A DNA stretch of 64,000 nt from Candidatus Bathyarchaeota archaeon (GTDB lineage: Archaea; Thermoproteota; CALKCG01; B24): assembly GCA_018396755.1 (NCBI GenBank), contig JAGTQM010000004.1, positions 17,099 through 81,098 on the forward strand, in the 5' to 3' direction. Under the pieces are notes generated by a model, which was not told where the DNA came from, did no database searches, and saw nothing but the letters and a program-made list of their open reading frames with translations. Of the stretch, positions 30,284 through 39,577 are shown piece by piece (positions within the stretch are counted from its first letter, which is position 1; each line of letters starts with the position of its first letter). The translations under genes were made by a program, and so were the position numbers.

Positions 30284-30328
30284 CCCAAAATTAAAAATTA
30301 AACCCACAAATATAAATTTTACCCAAAA
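30284..30328. promoter_or_regulatory. Three CCCA(A/C)AA direct repeats at exact 19-bp spacing across the vapBC promoter (putative autoregulatory operator)
   Basis: Copies at 30284, 30303 and 30322, flanking an AT-rich TATA-like segment. Confidence 0.5.
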
Positions 30329-30608
30329 ATTTGAACTCTCGCTCTATATTTAGACACGTAATTAGCCGTTTCAAACGATGACAAGAGAATTGTATACTAC
30401 TCAGCATACCATTGCATAGTCGACAGAACCCTGCAAACCCTTCTCATGGAATACAACTATGACATAAGACTTATGTCCTCGGAATCTATTACGCAGAAAG
30501 TCATAAGGCCAACCATGGCTCCTCTGAAGAGACTCAGAACAACTCTATAGAGTCGATGTTGAAAGAAAAGGGGGAGGATTTACGGGAGTGTCGTCACTTG
30601 GTCAGGCT

Positions 30609-32141
30609 TTACTGGGATGTTAAACCTTTAAAAACATCTCTTAATCTACTAAAAGCCTGAAGATATGCCTTGTAAAGTCTATCATAAACCTCTCTATTCT
30701 TCGGATTTGGTTTAACTACTTCTGATGATTTAACCCACTCACGAACTACGTCGTAATCTCTAAATAGGTTTGTCCCTACGCCGGCTAAAACAACGTCGCC
30801 TAGTGGGGCTCCAGGATTTTCAGCGATGTAGTCCATAGACAACCCCGATACATCAGCTAAAATAGTCCTCCAAAGCTCTGACTTAGCCCCCCCGTCAACT
30901 AATATAGCCCTCTTAATAGGCATATCTGCTTCTACAGCTGCATCGACACTGTATTTGAGACCGTAGGCAACTCCCTCTAAAAAAGCTCGGAATATATGGG
31001 CTTTACTGTGGTAAAGCGTTAAACCGAGTAAGCCTCCTCTGATATACTCATCCCAATATGGAGCTCTATCACCAATCATCATATGCGGCATAAATATTAA
31101 TCCATCGGATCCCGGTGGGATCTTCGCCGCCTCTATGTCTAAAAGAGCGTAAGCTGAAAGTTTAAGCTTAGAAGCAGCCTCAGCCTCAACCTGTCCAAGC
31201 TGGTCTCTAAACCACCTTATACAATAGCCAGCTGTGGATACACCAGCGAAACTATACAAATACTCCCTATCCCTAGCTACATAAGGATAATTTATGAGTT
31301 TTATCGAGATTCTCGGTTTATGGCTTATAAAGCCGCAACACATACTGGTACCCAGCATAAGAGCGAGGTCTCCATCATCTAAAGCCCCTACAGCTAATGC
31401 ACTGACTGGCGCATCTATTCCTCCCGCGCATACAGAGGTTCCCGTTTTTAAACCCGTGAGTTCTGCAGCTTCCCTATGAACCTCCCCTACTACTTGTTTA
31501 GATTCTACGAGCTTCTCTGGAAAGAAACTCCTCTCTATTCCAAGCTCTCCCATAAGTTGTTCTGCAAAATCCTTCTTGTTTATATCTAGTATTCCACCGT
31601 AGTTTCCAGCGCTTGAAAAATCCAAAGCTGTTGAACCAGTTAACCTATATATACAGTATCCGTTTGGGGTGATTATTTGATGTATTTTTGACCAAACATT
31701 TGGCTCATTAAACCTTATCCAAAGCATTTTAGTATATCCATAGTATGGATCTATAGTATTACCTGTGACTTTAAATATCTTCTCTTCTCCTATATTCTCC
31801 CTAATCCACTTACACTCTTCAGTAGCTCTTCTATCAGCCCATATTATACAAGGTCTGAGAGGTCGCATCTCTCTATCGCATGGGATACCACTACCGCCAT
31901 ACAAGCCGCTTATACTTACCGCGGCAACATCCTTTGGATCCACTTTGGAAGCGTCTAAAACCTCTCTTATAGTTTCGCATAAGGCGTTAAACCATACATC
32001 AGGCCACTGCTCTGCCCATCCAGGTTTAGGGGTTAAAACTCCGTATTCTCTAAAGGAGGATGCAAGTATTCTTCCCTCACAATCCGTTAGAATTGTTTTC
32101 GTACCTAAAGTTCCTATATCTGAACCTATTAATAGGCTCAA
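30609..32141 (-). CDS. FGGY-family carbohydrate kinase (xylulokinase-like)
   Basis: GSDIGTLGTK, WAEQWP, IWADRRA, GGIDAP, GDRAPYWD, RAFLEGVA, DGGAKSELW. Confidence 0.9.
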   Translation of the reverse strand: MSLLIGSDIGTLGTKTILTDCEGRILASSFREYGVLTPKPGWAEQWPDVWFNALCETIREVLDASKVDPKDVAAVSISGLYGGSGIPCDREMRPLRPCIIWADRRATEECKWIRENIGEEKIFKVTGNTIDPYYGYTKMLWIRFNEPNVWSKIHQIITPNGYCIYRLTGSTALDFSSAGNYGGILDINKKDFAEQLMGELGIERSFFPEKLVESKQVVGEVHREAAELTGLKTGTSVCAGGIDAPVSALAVGALDDGDLALMLGTSMCCGFISHKPRISIKLINYPYVARDREYLYSFAGVSTAGYCIRWFRDQLGQVEAEAASKLKLSAYALLDIEAAKIPPGSDGLIFMPHMMIGDRAPYWDEYIRGGLLGLTLYHSKAHIFRAFLEGVAYGLKYSVDAAVEADMPIKRAILVDGGAKSELWRTILADVSGLSMDYIAENPGAPLGDVVLAGVGTNLFRDYDVVREWVKSSEVVKPNPKNREVYDRLYKAYLQAFSRLRDVFKGLTSQ

Positions 32142-32507
32142 TTAAACACCTGATTGATATTTCATCTATAACCTCTAAAATCTTTCTAATAACCGGAAAG
32201 TTTACTCCCACTTTTCTAATTACTTTACTTAGAGCTCTTACGATATGTACCCGTTTAATTTCATAGGCGATATTTCTTGAACGTCAATTATAAACTCAAA
32301 ATTTTATAGTGCCTGTTCGTGCTAATACCATTTAAAACTCAATTGATAGTAAGCTTCAAAATGAATGTTTAAGGTGGGTGGAATTAGTATGCCATCTTGA
32401 GTTTACCTGTACCGTTTCTACTGCCGTTTTTAAATTGACGGTTTTTCGTCGGGAGGTTAAGGTTTATCAGTTAAGTTTAACTATAAATGTCACAAATATT
32501 ATATTGA

Positions 32508-33095
32508 ATGGGTTTAGACGAATCTGAAGAAGTTAAACAATTAGCTGAGCTTAAAGTAAAACTGCAGGAGAAGCTTGAATCTCTCAGAGAAGAAGCTAAA
32601 ACTTTAGAGTTTCTCATATCACTCGTAGATTCACTTCTGGCATCTAAAAGCTTTAGAAGAATTGAAGCACTTCAATTAGCCCAAGCTCAACCCGCTCAAA
32701 TCGAAGTAGAGCCAGCTTCACGAGTATCTGAAGTATCAGCTCAAGAAACGATTCTTCTGGAGGCGTCGGATGGGGCTCTTTTAGCGAAGATGTACGTAAC
32801 AGATGGAGGTGCTCAAGTGATTATTGAACCCGGTTTAAATTTATACGTGTCAACACCGCCATTCCAATCTTTCCTAGTTAGTAGAGTGCTTGACTCTATG
32901 AAAAGTAAGGACTTGGAGCTTGTTAGAGAAGGAAAGTTAAACCCAGATAGGGTTTTCGATTACGAGTTAAAGATAGAGGGGGATGCCATCAAAGAAATTA
33001 AGATAAGAAATTATGGGGATAAGCGTAGGCTTAGAGAGCTTAGAACATCCATTCGATGGACGCTTGAAAAAATGTATGAAAAACTGAAAGTTTGA
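32508..33095 (+). CDS. Conserved hypothetical protein with N-terminal coiled coil
   Basis: 195-aa ORF with TATA upstream; TPPFQSFLVSRVL and IRWTLEKMYEK look like a conserved TACK family. Confidence 0.7.
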   Translation: MGLDESEEVKQLAELKVKLQEKLESLREEAKTLEFLISLVDSLLASKSFRRIEALQLAQAQPAQIEVEPASRVSEVSAQETILLEASDGALLAKMYVTDGGAQVIIEPGLNLYVSTPPFQSFLVSRVLDSMKSKDLELVREGKLNPDRVFDYELKIEGDAIKEIKIRNYGDKRRLRELRTSIRWTLEKMYEKLKV

Positions 33096-33140
33096 TAGAA
33101 ACCGTTTCAAATTTAAAATTGCTTTAGAGAAGTCTCATGA

Positions 33141-33863
33141 TTAATCGGAGATTTTCTCAAACCTTACATATATGTTCCGTCTACTTACAGATTCTATGTT
33201 TATCATGAGCACTCCCAGTGCTTCTAAGAGAACAGCGTTCGATAGAGGTCCACAATCTACGGGTTCACCTCCCATTTCGTTTATAAGATTCACAACTTTC
33301 TTCTTAGCTTCCATAGAATCCCCGCAAAGTAGTATACTAGGCTTTGGTGCGTAGTCCAGACTATCAATAACATGCTGAGATATGTTTTTGAATGAAGCTA
33401 CTAGACTAACGTTTTCAGGTATGATCTTTCGAAGCCTTTCAGTAGCTGACCCCTCTTTTAAACGTATGAGACTGAAAAATCCATCTTCAGACCGCTTAAC
33501 TGGGATCGTAACATCTATGAGAATAGAATTTGGCTTAAGGAAATCTCTAATACCTTCTGCAATCTCCACTTGTGCTTTAAAAGGCACGGTTAAAATGACT
33601 ATTTCAGCTTTGGATACAGCGTCATGGTTTACAGCTCCTTCCACATACGCCTCTTTAAGTGTATTCTTTATGGTTTTAGCCGCTTCTTCCGCCTTCCACT
33701 GAAACCTTGAACCTATAACAATGCTTTTCCCTATTTTAGCCAATCTCACAGCTATGGAATAGCCTACGCCAGCCGTCCCTCCGATAATTGCAATATTTTC
33801 TCCCATTTTTAACCACCAAACACGTCGTAGACACATATTCCAGATATGGAAAACTTTAACCAA
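33141..33863 (-). CDS. npdG: F420-dependent NADP oxidoreductase family
   Basis: IAIIGGT..G, IGSR..KA, LTVPF, GSATE, FKNIS, DCGPLSNA; the start is probably MGEN near 33806. Confidence 0.78.
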   Translation of the reverse strand: MVKVFHIWNMCLRRVWWLKMGENIAIIGGTAGVGYSIAVRLAKIGKSIVIGSRFQWKAEEAAKTIKNTLKEAYVEGAVNHDAVSKAEIVILTVPFKAQVEIAEGIRDFLKPNSILIDVTIPVKRSEDGFFSLIRLKEGSATERLRKIIPENVSLVASFKNISQHVIDSLDYAPKPSILLCGDSMEAKKKVVNLINEMGGEPVDCGPLSNAVLLEALGVLMINIESVSRRNIYVRFEKISD

Positions 33864-33979
33864 TTACTTAATATTTTTATTCCCTGTTTTAGAGTTTTCC
33901 TTAAAATAGGATGAACGCTTAAGCTCCCTCTGAATTTATGGATCATGTTAATTGTATTTTTCATGCTTCATAGAAGAGT

Positions 33980-35731
33980 TCAGAAGTCGATAGCATTATG
34001 TATTTTAGCTATTTGCTCTGGATCCACCTTCCACCTTCTATCGTAAGTCATATACCCGTTTAATTCACCCTCTACGTCGTAGAGTTGAGTATAGCAAAAG
34101 CCTGCTAAAAATTCACATTCACGTATGGCCCTTACATTCTCCCTATACCTTGTTAGAAATTCGTACTCATCTGTAACCGGAGGACCGTAAACCATAATCT
34201 CACGATCTACAACAGGTCTAAATCCTTTGATCCCCCATCCTCCCCACTCGCTTAAAACTATGGGTTGATTATCGTACTTAAAGTCTTCAATAGCTATTCT
34301 AAACTCTCTAGGTTCTCCTGTTTTTAAAGATTGAACTCTCTTCAGGAGAACTTCTTTGAAGTACTTACGTCCTCTCCAACCGCTGTAATCGTGAATATCG
34401 ATTATATCTGTGGGTCCTACGTGGCTGTAACCACTATTATCCACAAGAAGCCTTGTTGGATCTAAACGTTTAATTCTCAGGCAGACTTCTTCTATAAACC
34501 TACGGTGTTCAAGGTTGTTACGTACAGTCTCCCTCTCATTGAATGGAACCCATGCCACTATCGACGGATGGTTGAAATCCCTGAGTATTACAGATTCCAC
34601 TTCCCCCCAGAAGTTATCAAGGTTTTTATATTCAAGGCTCATACCCCAATCTGGCATTTCCTCCCAAACTAGAACTCCGAGTTTATCACACCAGTAGAGA
34701 TATCTAGGGTCTTCAGGTTTCTGATGTTTCCTAACACCGTTTAATCCAAGCTTCTTAACAGCTTCAACGTCTCTTTTTAAGGCGTCAATATTAGGAGCTA
34801 CATATAATCCATCTGGGAAAAAGCCCTGATCCAATGCAAATTTAAGATAAATGGGTTTATTATTTAGTGTTATTTTTCCATTTGCAACATCTATCTTTCT
34901 TAAACCAAAATATCCCCTAACCTTATCTAAAACTATGTCATTCTTCTCAATCATAAGCTCAATTGCATATAAGTCAGGCTCCTCAGGAGACCATAAACAT
35001 ACTTCTTGAAGCTCCAGTGAAATTCGTAGAGGATTTTCTTTCACTTCCTGGGTTAAATTGATGAGTTCAGACTCAGCTAGGAGAACTCTCAATCTAAGCT
35101 TCAAATTGTTAAGCTGTCCGTTTACATACGTGTACAATTGAAACCCGTTATGCTCAACATCTGGAAAAATCTGAAACCTATCTATCCAAGCACTTCCACA
35201 CGATTCTATCCATACTGGTTGCCATATTCCAGTAACCCTCATATACGTGCATCCGGAAGGTTTAAGTCTTGGATCTTGTTTCCCCCTCGCTTGGTCTCCA
35301 TGGCAATCCTCTACTCTTAAAACAAGAATGTTTTCGTGGTCAACATGGTCTGTTATATCAAAGCTAAAAGGTGAAAATCCTCCTACATGTTCACCTAGGT
35401 TTTTCCCATTAAGCCACACAGTAGTCTTATAATCCATGGCTCCAAATTTGAGTAGAACTTTAGTCTGTCTGAAATCTTCGCTGAGTTTAAACGTTTTGGA
35501 ATACCATACAACATTATGTATGGATCCATCTCCTATTCCACTTAATTTGCTTTGAAATGGGTATGGGACTCTTATCTTCACTGGTTCAGGCAATCCATTT
35601 AAAAACCATTTTTCATTCAATCCTATGTTATCATCGTCAAAGTTAAAATCCCATAGTGGTTCAAGACTCATCCAAGGACTTCTAATGAAGTCTGGTCTAG
35701 GTGTCTCCGCATCATGAACCATAGTTATCAC
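33980..35731 (-). CDS. Glycoside hydrolase family 2 (beta-galactosidase/glucuronidase-like)
   Basis: FGAMDY, GIWQPVW, LDQGFFPDG, VRKHQK, NHPSIVAWVPFNE, LSEWGG, YTQLYDVE. Confidence 0.9.
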   Translation of the reverse strand: MITMVHDAETPRPDFIRSPWMSLEPLWDFNFDDDNIGLNEKWFLNGLPEPVKIRVPYPFQSKLSGIGDGSIHNVVWYSKTFKLSEDFRQTKVLLKFGAMDYKTTVWLNGKNLGEHVGGFSPFSFDITDHVDHENILVLRVEDCHGDQARGKQDPRLKPSGCTYMRVTGIWQPVWIESCGSAWIDRFQIFPDVEHNGFQLYTYVNGQLNNLKLRLRVLLAESELINLTQEVKENPLRISLELQEVCLWSPEEPDLYAIELMIEKNDIVLDKVRGYFGLRKIDVANGKITLNNKPIYLKFALDQGFFPDGLYVAPNIDALKRDVEAVKKLGLNGVRKHQKPEDPRYLYWCDKLGVLVWEEMPDWGMSLEYKNLDNFWGEVESVILRDFNHPSIVAWVPFNERETVRNNLEHRRFIEEVCLRIKRLDPTRLLVDNSGYSHVGPTDIIDIHDYSGWRGRKYFKEVLLKRVQSLKTGEPREFRIAIEDFKYDNQPIVLSEWGGWGIKGFRPVVDREIMVYGPPVTDEYEFLTRYRENVRAIRECEFLAGFCYTQLYDVEGELNGYMTYDRRWKVDPEQIAKIHNAIDF

Positions 35732-35795
35732 AGTAAAAGTGGCTCTTTCAAACTTAAAGTTTTTAAAGCCTCTCTTCTTCTAAAGTAGAACGTCT

Positions 35796-38480
35796 ATGGA
35801 AGCTTCATGGCATGCACTGACAGTCGAAGAAGTCTGTGCAAAATTAGGCTCGAGTATCCAGGGGCTTAGCTCAGAAGAAGCTTCAACTCGTCTTGTCAAA
35901 TATGGGTTCAACGAACTCATCAAAGTTAAGCCAGTTTCTGCTTTAAAGATATTTGTAAATCAGTTTAAATCGATCTTCGTTTTAATGTTGATTGCAGCCG
36001 CTTTAATATCCATTATATTATCTATACAGCATGGGCTTGAAGAACTCGCCGACTCCGCTGTTATAATAGCAATAGTCGCAATAAATGCTGTAATAGGTTT
36101 CATCCAAGAGTATAAATCTGAGAAAACTTTGGAGGCCATGCGAAAGCTTACAGCTCCTAAGGCTAGGGTTTTAAGAGATGGGGAAATTAAGACATTAGAA
36201 GCTAGGCTTCTGGTATTAGGGGACATGGTTCTTCTAGAAGAAGGAGATAGAATTCCAGCAGATTGTCGGCTTATAGAGGCGTATGAACTTAAAACCGATG
36301 AAGCTGTTTTAACAGGAGAATCTACGCCAGTTGAGAAAATTATTACCCCTCTAGCTTTTGATACTCCAATACACGATAGAAAAAACATGGTGTTTATGGC
36401 GACGCATGTAGTATCCGGTAGAGGAAAGGCTATAGTTGTCGCCACTGGTATGCGTACAGAATTCGGTAGAATAGCTGAACAAGTTCAAATGATAGAAACT
36501 GAAGAACCCCCTCTTAAAATTAAACTTGACAAGTTCGCTAAGAAAATGGCTTTCCTCATATTAGCATTATGTGTAGCTATTTTCGGGCTTGAAGCATTTA
36601 GAGGGGATCCTTTACTTGAAAGCTTTATGGTAGCTGTTGCATTAGCCGTCTCAGCTGTTCCTGAAGGATTACCTGCTATAACTACTGTAACGTTAGCCTT
36701 AGGTGCAAGAAACATGGCTAAGAGAAACGCTATCGTAAGAAGATTGGCGTCAGTTGAGACACTCGGCTCAGCTACGTTTATATGCTCGGATAAAACGGGC
36801 ACACTAACCAAGGGAGAGATGACTGTTAGACGGATATACATCGGGTCGAAGTATATAGAGGTCACTGGAGTCGGCTATGAGCCTAAAGGTACATTCTTGC
36901 TAAATGGGGAACGATATGAGATAGATGATGATTTTAAGCTAATTTTGACCGCTGGAGCTTTATGTTCAAATGCTGAACTTAAGCTGGTAGAAAACAGATG
37001 GTCTATATACGGAGATCCAACCGAGGTTGCACTTTTAACTGTAGCCGCTAAAGCTGGACTATGGAAAGCTGACCTTGAATCTAAAATGCCTAGGGTTAGA
37101 GAAATTCCCTTTAGTTCAGAGCGTAAACGTATGACAACTATTCATAAGAACTATGATGGAAGATATATAGTGTTTATGAAGGGAGCACTTGAAGTTATTC
37201 TACAACTGTGTTCTCAAAGAGTTTTAGATGGTTTGACTCTACCTTTAACAGATGAAGATAAGAATAAAATTTTAAAGGTTAATGATGAAATGGCTTCATC
37301 TGGACTTAGAGTTCTCGCTTTAGCTTACAAATACGTTGCAGATCCATATATCACTCAAAGTATTGAGCACAACATGGTATTTATAGGACTTGTCGGTATG
37401 ATCGACCCGCCTAGAGAAGAAGCTATAAACGCGTATAAGCTCTGCGAGAAAGCCGGTATAAGAGTTGCTATGATCACCGGAGACCATAAGCTTACCGCGA
37501 TATCTGTTGCTAAAGAAATAGGTATGTGGAGGGCAGATGGTGTAGCCTTAACTGGCAATGATCTTGACGAGATGGACGATGATGAACTTGAGAGAATTGT
37601 TGAAAATGTAACGGTTTACGCTAGGGTTTCCCCTACACATAAATCTAAAATTGTAAAAGCTTTGAAGAAAAAGGGGCACATTGTAGCAATGACTGGTGAT
37701 GGTGTTAATGATGCTCCTGCTTTAAAACTATCAGACATAGGTATTGCAATGGGCATAACTGGTACAGACGTGACTAAGGAAGCGTCTGACATAATTCTCG
37801 CGGACGATAATTTCGCAACAATAGTGGAAGCAATTCGAAGCGGTAGAATAATATACGACAATATAAGAAAGTTTATCCGTTTCCTACTTGCATGCAATTT
37901 CGACGAGCTATTCGTCATAACTGTGGCTACATTACTTAATCTACCGATACCTTTGACTCCAGTCATGCTACTATGGATAAATCTACTTACAGATGGTCCT
38001 CCGGCAGTGGCTTTGGGTATCGATCCGCCGGATGAAGACGTCATGGTAAGAAAACCTAGAGACCCAAAAACTGGCATCTTCCATGGTATGCTCCTATTTG
38101 TTATAGTATCGTTCATGCTTCAAGCAATTGGAACACTCGGTTCTTTTCTGATTTCTTACCTCATCTGGGGGGATCATTTGAATGAGGCTAGAACTCTAGC
38201 TTTTATACAAGCGACGTTTTTCGAGCTTATAGTTATATGGAACTGCCGTTCAGAACGCAACTGTTTCTTAAAAGTTAAACCATGGTCTAACAAATACTTA
38301 CTGATATCTGTCTTAGCTTGTATGATTATAAACGCAACCCTACCATACGTAAAGATTGCCGATATTTTATTTGACCTAGAACCTTTAACTCTTCAAGACT
38401 GGGTTCTCACGTTAGGATTTTCATCTCTAGGATTTCTTGTACTTCCAGAAGTTTTTATGAAACAGGCCAATAAGAGTTAA
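35796..38480 (+). CDS. Cation (Ca2+-type, P2A) P-type ATPase
   Basis: LTGES, PEGLP, DKTGTLT, KGA, MITGD, TGDGVNDAPAL. Confidence 0.93.
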   Translation: MEASWHALTVEEVCAKLGSSIQGLSSEEASTRLVKYGFNELIKVKPVSALKIFVNQFKSIFVLMLIAAALISIILSIQHGLEELADSAVIIAIVAINAVIGFIQEYKSEKTLEAMRKLTAPKARVLRDGEIKTLEARLLVLGDMVLLEEGDRIPADCRLIEAYELKTDEAVLTGESTPVEKIITPLAFDTPIHDRKNMVFMATHVVSGRGKAIVVATGMRTEFGRIAEQVQMIETEEPPLKIKLDKFAKKMAFLILALCVAIFGLEAFRGDPLLESFMVAVALAVSAVPEGLPAITTVTLALGARNMAKRNAIVRRLASVETLGSATFICSDKTGTLTKGEMTVRRIYIGSKYIEVTGVGYEPKGTFLLNGERYEIDDDFKLILTAGALCSNAELKLVENRWSIYGDPTEVALLTVAAKAGLWKADLESKMPRVREIPFSSERKRMTTIHKNYDGRYIVFMKGALEVILQLCSQRVLDGLTLPLTDEDKNKILKVNDEMASSGLRVLALAYKYVADPYITQSIEHNMVFIGLVGMIDPPREEAINAYKLCEKAGIRVAMITGDHKLTAISVAKEIGMWRADGVALTGNDLDEMDDDELERIVENVTVYARVSPTHKSKIVKALKKKGHIVAMTGDGVNDAPALKLSDIGIAMGITGTDVTKEASDIILADDNFATIVEAIRSGRIIYDNIRKFIRFLLACNFDELFVITVATLLNLPIPLTPVMLLWINLLTDGPPAVALGIDPPDEDVMVRKPRDPKTGIFHGMLLFVIVSFMLQAIGTLGSFLISYLIWGDHLNEARTLAFIQATFFELIVIWNCRSERNCFLKVKPWSNKYLLISVLACMIINATLPYVKIADILFDLEPLTLQDWVLTLGFSSLGFLVLPEVFMKQANKS

Positions 38481-38553
38481 TCTAGCTTTCAACATGCTCT
38501 AACACATTTTATTTTTTAAAGGAAAAATCTACTTTTAGATAAGTTTAAAAACC

Positions 38554-39534
38554 TTGATTAACTATTACTTTTATTGTGGGACTTTGGATTGGTCTTATGA
38601 ACCGGAAGAGAGGTTTAAACGCGGTCGTTCGACTGGTATTTGGAAAATCATAGCAGTTTTAATTATTATACTCTTAGCCTCTGCATTCTTAATAGCGATA
38701 TGTATAACCAGTTTAAGCCCTGGGGAAGTTGCCGTTATATATGATCCACTGTTTAAAAGCTATAATGGTCCTTACGTCGGCCCCACTGTCTTTCTAAGAG
38801 CGCCATGGCAGGGTTTAATCAAAGACTTCTATACGATTGATTATATCGATATGACTACTGAAAGAATAGCGGACTATCCTCCTATTACAGCTTTAACTAA
38901 GGATGGAGTTGAAATAACGATAGAAGAGTCGTTTACATACTCCATAGATCCAAGCCTCTTTCTAGACTTGGTTGAAAGCTATCCCAGGGTTGATTATGAA
39001 GAGCAGGTTTTAGTTCCAATAATGCGTCAAATAGTTAGAGATGTTACTTCCACATATACTATTGAAGAAGTAATATCCAATAGGGAGGAGCTTGCCGTGA
39101 AAGTAGAGGAAACGTATAGACGTAGAATAGAAAACGATCCTACGCTTAAAGCAATAAGGCTTCACGATGTTATGCTTAGAGGTATAAAACTTCCAGACCG
39201 TATTAAACAGGCCATAGAAGCTAAGATAGCTGCGTATCAGCAGAAAATAGCGGCAGAATATGAGCGTGAGAGGATTTTAACCCTTGCAAACGCTACAGCT
39301 ATGGAAAGGATAATAACAGCTGAGGGGGAGGCTGAAGCAATATTACTTAGGGCTGAAGCTATTAAAACGGCCCTTATGAGGATATATAATGCTACTGGAG
39401 ACCTCGAGATTTTGCGGATATATACCCTATTAGAGCAGCTTCAGAGAGTTGAAAGACCGATTCTAATAATCGGTGGCGGAGCTACACCGCTTATAACAAT
39501 TCCCCAAAGTGGAGACAATAGAACTAGAGAATGA
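38554..39534 (+). CDS. SPFH/band 7/prohibitin family membrane protein
   Basis: N-terminal TM, ALTKDG, AIEAKIAAYQ, AEGEAEA; the start may be near 38586. Confidence 0.85.
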   Translation: MINYYFYCGTLDWSYEPEERFKRGRSTGIWKIIAVLIIILLASAFLIAICITSLSPGEVAVIYDPLFKSYNGPYVGPTVFLRAPWQGLIKDFYTIDYIDMTTERIADYPPITALTKDGVEITIEESFTYSIDPSLFLDLVESYPRVDYEEQVLVPIMRQIVRDVTSTYTIEEVISNREELAVKVEETYRRRIENDPTLKAIRLHDVMLRGIKLPDRIKQAIEAKIAAYQQKIAAEYERERILTLANATAMERIITAEGEAEAILLRAEAIKTALMRIYNATGDLEILRIYTLLEQLQRVERPILIIGGGATPLITIPQSGDNRTRE

Positions 39535-39577
39535 GGAAAACGTTTTTCTTACGCTTTTTACCATTTTATAGTATCTC

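Noticed and set aside
30362-30550. About 62-codon open frame upstream of vapBC (LAVSNDDKRIVYYSAYHC...)
   Set aside because: No start codon or recognisable motif; possibly a gene relic but unsupported.
33908-33935. AGGATGA...CTGA resembling half of a C/D sRNA
   Set aside because: The second box pair and terminal stem are missing; likely chance.
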